A stretch of DNA of 64,000 bases, taken from Eledone cirrhosa (Eukaryota). The DNA lies in assembly GCA_964016885.1 (NCBI GenBank), contig OZ024756.1, positions 27,466,001 to 27,530,000 on the forward strand, written 5' to 3'. Of this stretch, positions 56,385-64,000 are shown in pieces. Every line of letters begins with the position of its first letter. Positions within the stretch are counted from its first letter, which is position 1. The position numbers were made by a program, and so were the translations under genes. The notes beneath the pieces were generated by a model. That model did no database searches. It saw only the letters and a list, made by a program, of their open reading frames with translations, and was not told where the DNA came from.

Positions 56385-57450
56385 TTGTTGTTGTAGCTGA
56401 TGTTGTTGTTGTTACTGCTGCTGTTGTTATAGATGTTGTTGTTGTTGCTATTTTTTTTTTATTTATTGCAGCAGTTATTGTTGCCAGTTTTTTCTTGCTG
56501 CTGTTGTTGTTACTGTTGTTGTTATTGCTGTTGTAGAGGCTGTTGTAGCTGTGGCTGCTGCTGTTGATGCTGCTGCTGTTGGTGTAGCTGTTTTGTTGTT
56601 GCTGTTGGAGCTGTTGCTGCCATTGTTGTTGCTGTTGCTGTTGTTGCTGTTGTTGTTGTTGTTGTTGTTGTTGCTGCTGCTGCTGTTGTTGTTGTTGTTG
56701 TAGATGCCGTTGTTATTGTTGTGGTAGCTGTTGCTGTTGTGGCAGTGGTGGTGGTAGTGGTGGTGGTGGTAGTGGCAATGGCATTGTGGTGGTGGTAGGG
56801 ACAATGGCAGTGATGATGGTGATGGTAGTTCTTTCTGGTGGCAGTGATGGTAGTGATAGTGAGGGTGGTGATGGCAGTGATGGTGGTAGTGATGATGGAA
56901 GAGATGGTGGTGATGGCAGTGATTAGTGATGTTGGTGGTGATTGCAGTGGTGGTGACGGTGGTGGTGGTGGAACAGACTGACATTTTTATAACTAGATCA
57001 ACTGCTTATTTCCTCAGGATATCACAGCAAATAGAATTCTCACACCACTCCCAACTACCACCTCTACCACTCTGACCACCACTACCACTATGAACACCAC
57101 TCACAGCTGCTACCATTACCACTATGACTATCACACCCAACTACCACCACTCCTGTTACTAGCATTAGCACTCTGACACCACTCCCAGCTATATACCATT
57201 ACCACTGTGACCACCACGCCTCAACTACCTCCACTCACAGCCACCAACACCAACACCACCACCATCACTCACAGCTACCAACACCGCCACCATCACCATC
57301 ATCACTCACAGCTACCAATACCAACACCACCATAATACACAGCTACACCACCAACACCATCACCATAATACACCGTTACTACCAACAACATCACCATAAT
57401 ACACCATTACTACCACCAACATCACCATCACCACGACCACCACTACTATT
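56385..57450. repeat. Degenerate trinucleotide arrays: (GTT/GCT/GGT)n followed by (ACC)n
   Basis: Low-complexity triplet runs that switch strand polarity near 56980-57040. Confidence 0.8.
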
Positions 57451-60400
57451 GCTATGGATTAGGAACCAGAAATGATATGTCAGGGAAACTTCCATGTTGT
57501 ACCTAGGAAAATTCCATGTTGTACCAAGTCATATTCTAAGTTGTACAAAGGAAATGCCCGTGTAGTACCAAGGAAACCTCCAGGTAGAACCAAGGAAAAT
57601 GTCCATGTACCGAGGGTGCATTTTATTGTGGCACCAGCACTAGAGAGGTTGTCATGTCCTTGGCACGATTGAAACATCCTCTCTACTCTTTGTTTAAAAA
57701 GTTTTCTACGACTGAATGTCATTTCTATAACCAACATTGACTCAACAAAGGAGCTTCAGCATGGTCACTTGACCAGCTAGAAATAGCAACTAAATCTCAA
57801 TCAAATCAAACTGTATCATCATCATCACCATTTTACGTCCGCTTTTCCCTGCTTGCAAGAGTTGGATGGACGGGTCCTTTTCAGCACAGCATCTCTCCAT
57901 TTGTCACGGTCCTTCGTCATCTCCTCCGTAAGCTTCAGCAATCTGAGATCAGCTCTCAACACCTCCGCCCATGTTTTTCGTGGTCTTCCTCTACTGCGAC
58001 TTCCTTCTACTGTATCCTCGTATAAAATGACACATTGGATGATGTGTACTCAGGTTCACGCTACATAGAGGAGAAGAGACAGGATGGTCCTGGCTGGAAT
58101 GCTTTTGAAGAAGAAGAAGAACCTCTGACGCGTCTGTGTATATGAGTGTATGTGTATGTCATATGCATAGATGTATATGTACAAGTATATAAATATAAAC
58201 GCGCAAACAGACACATTTACAAAAATACACACTCACAGACATACATTCACACACACACATACATTCACACGATCACACACACACACATACATTTACACGA
58301 ACACACACACATTTACAAAATTACACTCAGACATACATTCACACACACATACATTCACACGATCACACACACATACATTTACACGAACACACACACATTT
58401 ACAAAATTACACACTCAGACATACATTCACACACACATACATTCACACGATCACACACACATACATTTACACGAACACACACACATTTACAAAAATACAC
58501 ACTCACAGACATACATTCACACAAACACACGCATACATTCACACGAACACACACACACATACACATACATTTACATGAACACACACACATTTACACAAAC
58601 ACACATACACTCACACACAGCGTAATAAATGAAACGCCAGCTGTTGTTTTCCTAGTTTTTTCACCATTCCCTTCCTTCCTTTTAAACACACACACATACA
58701 CACACAAACAGTGAGACAGATGGATGGAAGTTACTCAAATTTATATATAGATGGAAAGAATTAAGTAAAAAAAAAATATCACATTTTCATGAATAAATCA
58801 ATGATGAACTCAGAGAGAAACTGAATGTAAGAGGAATCAGATGCTGTGAGTAGGAGAGAAGACTGCACTGGTATGGACATGTGATGCACATGGATGATGT
58901 GATGTACATGGATGATAATCGCTGGGTGAAGAAGTGCCAGGAATCCCAGTGGAAGGAAGGAAGCTGCAATAGAGGAGGAAAACCAAGAATCACGAAAGAC
59001 ATAGGCCGAGGTGGTGAGACCTGATGTCAAATCACTTGAGACTCAGAGAGGAGATGACGAAGGAACATGCAGCATATTGAGAGATGCTGTGCTAAAAAGG
59101 ACCCGTCCAACCCATGCAAGCATGGAAAAAAACGGATGTAAAATGATGATGATGATGAATAAATCATGTTTTAACATGATATAAAAAAATAATCCACTAA
59201 TCCACTAAAGAAGTTACTGTTAGGTTTTAGATTATTAAACATAAGAACTATAAAAATCTAAAGAAAGGACATCTTTCTTCAGACACAACTATATGAGGGT
59301 AAGCTGACTATCACTGCATTGTTTCTTTCCAGGGATTATGTTGAAAAATATATCTCATTTGGTCATTCCATGAGAGCATCTTGGTCAGCCTATGAAGGAG
59401 TGATGGTAGAGCTGTAAAATCTTGCAAACATTAATTTCAACTCTTCTTATTAATAACTGCATTGTTTCTTTCCAGGGACTATGTTGAAAAATAAATCTTA
59501 TTTGATCAATCCATAAGAGTATCTTGGTCAGGGCTTTCCTGATGATTTCATTTGAATGAAACAGGTCTTGTCCTGTAGAAGCCATTTCTATATTAAATAT
59601 TGTATATACTCTACTATGTATTGAGTACCTTACTTACTGTGGTTACCCCCGATTGGACCCAGGATACATACACACATCTTGGCCAGCCTATTAAATGTTC
59701 AGCCAACCCTCGTGTGTGTATTATAAACAAAGGTAGGCTGAAAAGTTTATAGGCTGACTATGAAGGAAGGGTTGATGCTAGAGCTGTGAAATCCAGGACC
59801 AAAACCATGGTTATTTGTGACCAAAGGCGCTTATGACAACAACTTGATTTAACCCTTTAACATTTAGAATACTCTATACTTACTATTATATTTTCAAGAC
59901 TTTACCTTACATAATTATCTCACATAATATCGAATCTATGAGATTTTGGACTGGCAGTATCAGTAGAGGGTCGGACGCAATGCTTTGCAGCATAGAGTTA
60001 CGGCCCTTTGTGATCCAAGTTCAAATCCCGCCGAGGTTAACTTTGCCTTTCATCCTTACGTGGTCGATAAAATAAAGTACCAGCAATGCACTGAGTAATT
60101 GCTGGCCTTGTGCCAAAAGTAGAAACAATTATTTATTTGAGAATAATATTACCTTAATATCAGTATGAGTGGCCGGTTATCTATTATAAAAACCTTGTAT
60201 GATATGCAGAAATAAAGTGTACCTATTATAAAAACCTTGTTTGATATGCCGGGATACAATGTACCTACCTATGTACTACTAAAACTCTGTGATTGTGTGG
60301 TTGTCTGTAATTTAATAAAGCCAAAACTGTGCACAATTGGAAAATACTTTGAAAGGAAGTTGCTGCTGAAATGGGAATACAAATGTAATTAAACAAGTTT

Positions 60401-60654
60401 TGCGTAAATTGGAGCAGAGTTCCCAAGATACGGAATTTTTCTAGGTACTTTCATAAATAGCCAACAGCTCTGTGGTAACCAATCAGATCGCTAGCACACT
60501 TACCATTGTTTCATTTCCGAAAAGCCTTAGTGCAGTCAAGTTAAATACAGACAGGAAGAGATAAAATGAAAAGAAACACTAAGACAGGTAACAACTAGAC
60601 TACCCATGACCCGGTGGGTGGTCTAGTCTATTTTAAAAACCTCGATTGACATGC

Positions 60655-60850
60655 AGAGATACAGTGTACCTATTTTAATAACCTCCTATGACATATGAGA
60701 ATACTATGTACCTATTTTAATAACCTCCTATGACATATGAGAATACTATGTACCTATTTTAATAACCTCCTATGACATATGAGAATACTATGTACCTATT
60801 TTAATAACCTCATATGACATATAAGAATAGAATGTACTTATTTTAAAACC
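60655..60850. repeat. 42-bp minisatellite, 4-5 copies (related units at 60181-60268)
   Basis: Repeated tgtacctattttaataacctcctatgacatatgagaatacta. Confidence 0.85.
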
Positions 60851-61135
60851 CAGAATACACCTGGACTCTCTTCTAAAATATCTTATATAAATGAATGAAA
60901 ATATCCACATAAATAATTACAAGATAAACCTGTATATACATACATATACATACATAAAACACACACTTACACAAAAACAAAGACACTAAGAGAAATAGCA
61001 CACACACACACACACATAAAACCAGTCAAAGAGTAGTTTTTGTTTTAAAATGCCATAGATGAGCTCAGAATTTATTTACATGACTAAACAATGTTCAAAG
61101 TGCATTTTTATTTCTTGTTTATAGTTTTATATATG

Positions 61136-61173
<38 letters not shown>

Positions 61174-61915
61174 CACATATATATATATATGGCATGAAAC
61201 TCATTTCAACCTAGTCTCCAAACTGGTTTGCAGAATTTGTTTACATTCACACTTATTACAAAAATAAATGTTATTTTTATAATAATTATTATTTGTAGTA
61301 GTAGTAGTAGTAGTAGTAGTAGCGCGGTGGTAGTGCTATTGGCGATGATGGTGGTGGTAGAACTGGTGAGGTGGTAGTAGAAGCAGTAATGAAGTGGATT
61401 GGTAGATTTGTTATTGGCAGACAAATGAGCTGTGGTATTCAGTTACGTTCCTTTACGTTCTGAGTTCGAACCCCACTATGACCAACTCAGCTTTGTCTTT
61501 CATTCTTACGGGATCGATAAAATAAAGTACCAGTAACACACTGGTGTCAATTTAATCGACCTTCTCTTCCCCACCAAAACAATTGTTGGCCTTGTGCCTA
61601 AATCAGAAACTAAGAGCGTCAGGCACCATACTTTGCTGTATAGAGTTATGGCCCTTTGTGTTCTGAGTTCAAATCTCGTCAAGGTTGACTATAACTGCAT
61701 CAGTTATAGTTCATACCACCAAGAAGGAGAGAAAGTGATAAACATGTGAACTCTTGTATATAATATATATATATATATACACATATATATATATGTAAAC
61801 CATGTTCTTTTATACCATATTCCTATTAATATACAACTTAACTCCATTATAAATTTTATTATACACTTCCGTAGCACGAACACACATATATATATATCGG
61901 GAATTTTACCCGCCC

Positions 61916-61946
<31 letters not shown>

Positions 61947-63050
61947 TATTAATATATAAGGGAACAAAGAATCAGTGTTGTATCATATACATATCTAATT
62001 ACATGTTTCACTGTCGATCAGCTCAAAGAACGATATATTTATGATCGAACCGCACTCTTTAATCGGAAGCTCCTCAGATGTTTTAACATGTAGACTTGCG
62101 TCTATATAAATATATTAAATTAGACATGCAAGCATGCATGACTTTCTCATTGTATCCATATATCACTTTCACCTTAGATATAAACGATATTTACAATTAG
62201 CTTAACTACCAATTGATTACATTAAATACACGCACGCAATTAATTCATTATTAAACCATTAAAGAGTAGGAAAAGTTAATGGATGTGGAAGTAGAGATAC
62301 ACCGCTGGCTATAGCTTTCACTGTTTAGTTAATGTCCAGACAATTCGTTTGTACAAACGAACTATATATATAGAGAGAGAGAGAGTGCTTTGTAACTGCC
62401 TCAAACAATTCGATAGGTATCTGGTATAATGTAGCTACAACTTCGATCTACACTGATTATATTTATAAACAAGAAGTGTAAGTCAACAGGGTAAAATTAG
62501 CTTCGTTTACTCATATAACCAAATGAAAAGATATATGTATATACAGAGAGAGAAAGAGTCATATATCGTATAAGAAACACGTTATATTGTATATATACCA
62601 AATATATATTTTATAGAAGAATATGTACACAGGTGGAATCATAAGTGAAACCTTATAGCGCTATTTCATATAATATATAGAGAGAGGGATAACACGTATG
62701 TCACATTAGTATTGATAAACTTTCTGTGTCTGTCGTAAGCATTTTTATTTTTCAAAAATAATTTTTTAAGGTTTCCCCTTAAAAATTGTTTTTCGTTTTG
62801 CCTTGTTTCCGTTCGTATCTATATTATTCAGTTGAGGTAAGTTGGCAAAACTCCTGAGTAACAAGACTCACTATTTAGCCATAATAAAATTTATATATAT
62901 ATATATATATATATAGCAAAGGTAAATAGAGAATTATATATGACAGTATATAAAATTATTCGACGAATAACTTGAATTACAACACTCGTGAAACGTGTAA
63001 GGAATTATTAATGATTTAAAAAGCTAATTTTTCAATCTCTCTCTCTCTCG

Positions 63051-63112
<62 letters not shown>

Positions 63113-63466
63113 CTTCACTACATGCGGGTTGAAATTATGTAAGATGGTGGGGATATCACCTGTATCACGTAGACAAAGCTGATAGACTATATATAAGCTA
63201 ATTTTAGGTTTAATCAATACACATAAAATATACATCGAGATATTTCTCAGTACAGAGCTCCATGAAACTTCATTTGAGAGCATCTGTCATATAAGTTTAA
63301 ATGATATATAACAGGATATATCAATTGAGAAACGACTAGTATTTTGTACATTATAACATCGTGAAGTACGTATTTAAATTTACACAATAATTTGTTCTGT
63401 ATATATGTACAAAATACTGTTTGTTTTTTAATTCATAGTTGTATATTATCGTTTAAAACTTACACA

Positions 63467-63528
<62 letters not shown>

Positions 63529-63944
63529 AAAAGGTAAAATAACACAATCGGTAGAGTATATGGAAGGAATATATTATGTTAACGCTTGAAATAGCAGGAA
63601 GAGGTTCTTAATGTTTCGGATATATATATACCCATTATTATAATATATATATATATACCCATTATTATAATATATTTATATATATATATACACATTATTA
63701 TTATTGTGTAACGTATTGTGTCCAGTCTGATATACTAGTTTGTATTTACAAAATACGATTTCTGTGAAATCATGGAGTGAGTGGCAAACGACAATCTTGG
63801 ACGAATTCTATTTGTCTGCTTCGTTAAAATTAATATGTAAATATATATACACACAAACATAAATGTATATAGCACAGGCACCACATAGAGATGAAAATTT
63901 GTATTTACAAACAAGAGAAAATAAATTTCTGATTACAAAAAGTA

Positions 63945-64000
<56 letters not shown>

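Noticed and set aside
59600-62900. Possible 5' UTR exons or promoter of the minus-strand PPxY gene
   Set aside because: An upstream non-coding exon is implied by the acceptor at 51193, but no candidate can be placed from sequence alone.

Overview
AT-rich animal genomic DNA saturated with (TA)n/(TACA)n/(CA)n microsatellites and interspersed repeats. The repeat content looks most like an octopus/coleoid genome, which is an inference. Two convergent spliced genes can be built with phase-consistent splice sites. The first is a + strand FAM210B/DUF1279-family gene (exons 25408-26533, 33189-33678, 38063-38294; about 615 aa) with an unusually long N-terminal extension and an NRF1-like promoter motif. 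The second is a - strand single-pass membrane protein with four PPxY motifs and a polyQ tract (exons 51160-51141, 48307-48169, 47294-46764; about 229 aa). The rest is TE debris: two tRNA-derived SINE families, RTE, Vingi/Ingi-like, R4/Dong-like and CRE-like LINE fragments, maT/mariner relics, piggyBac- and mariner-type MITEs, and several minisatellites. The most striking unannotated signal is a dense set of short non-coding elements from many unrelated families. They sit in (TA)n tracts, carry minimal type I hammerhead ribozyme motifs (often with palindromic stem III) and are frequently inverted-duplicated into 40-190 bp-arm hairpins. This is the signature expected of Penelope-like/retrozyme-type elements. 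All folds were assigned by eye and coordinates of degenerate repeats are approximate.
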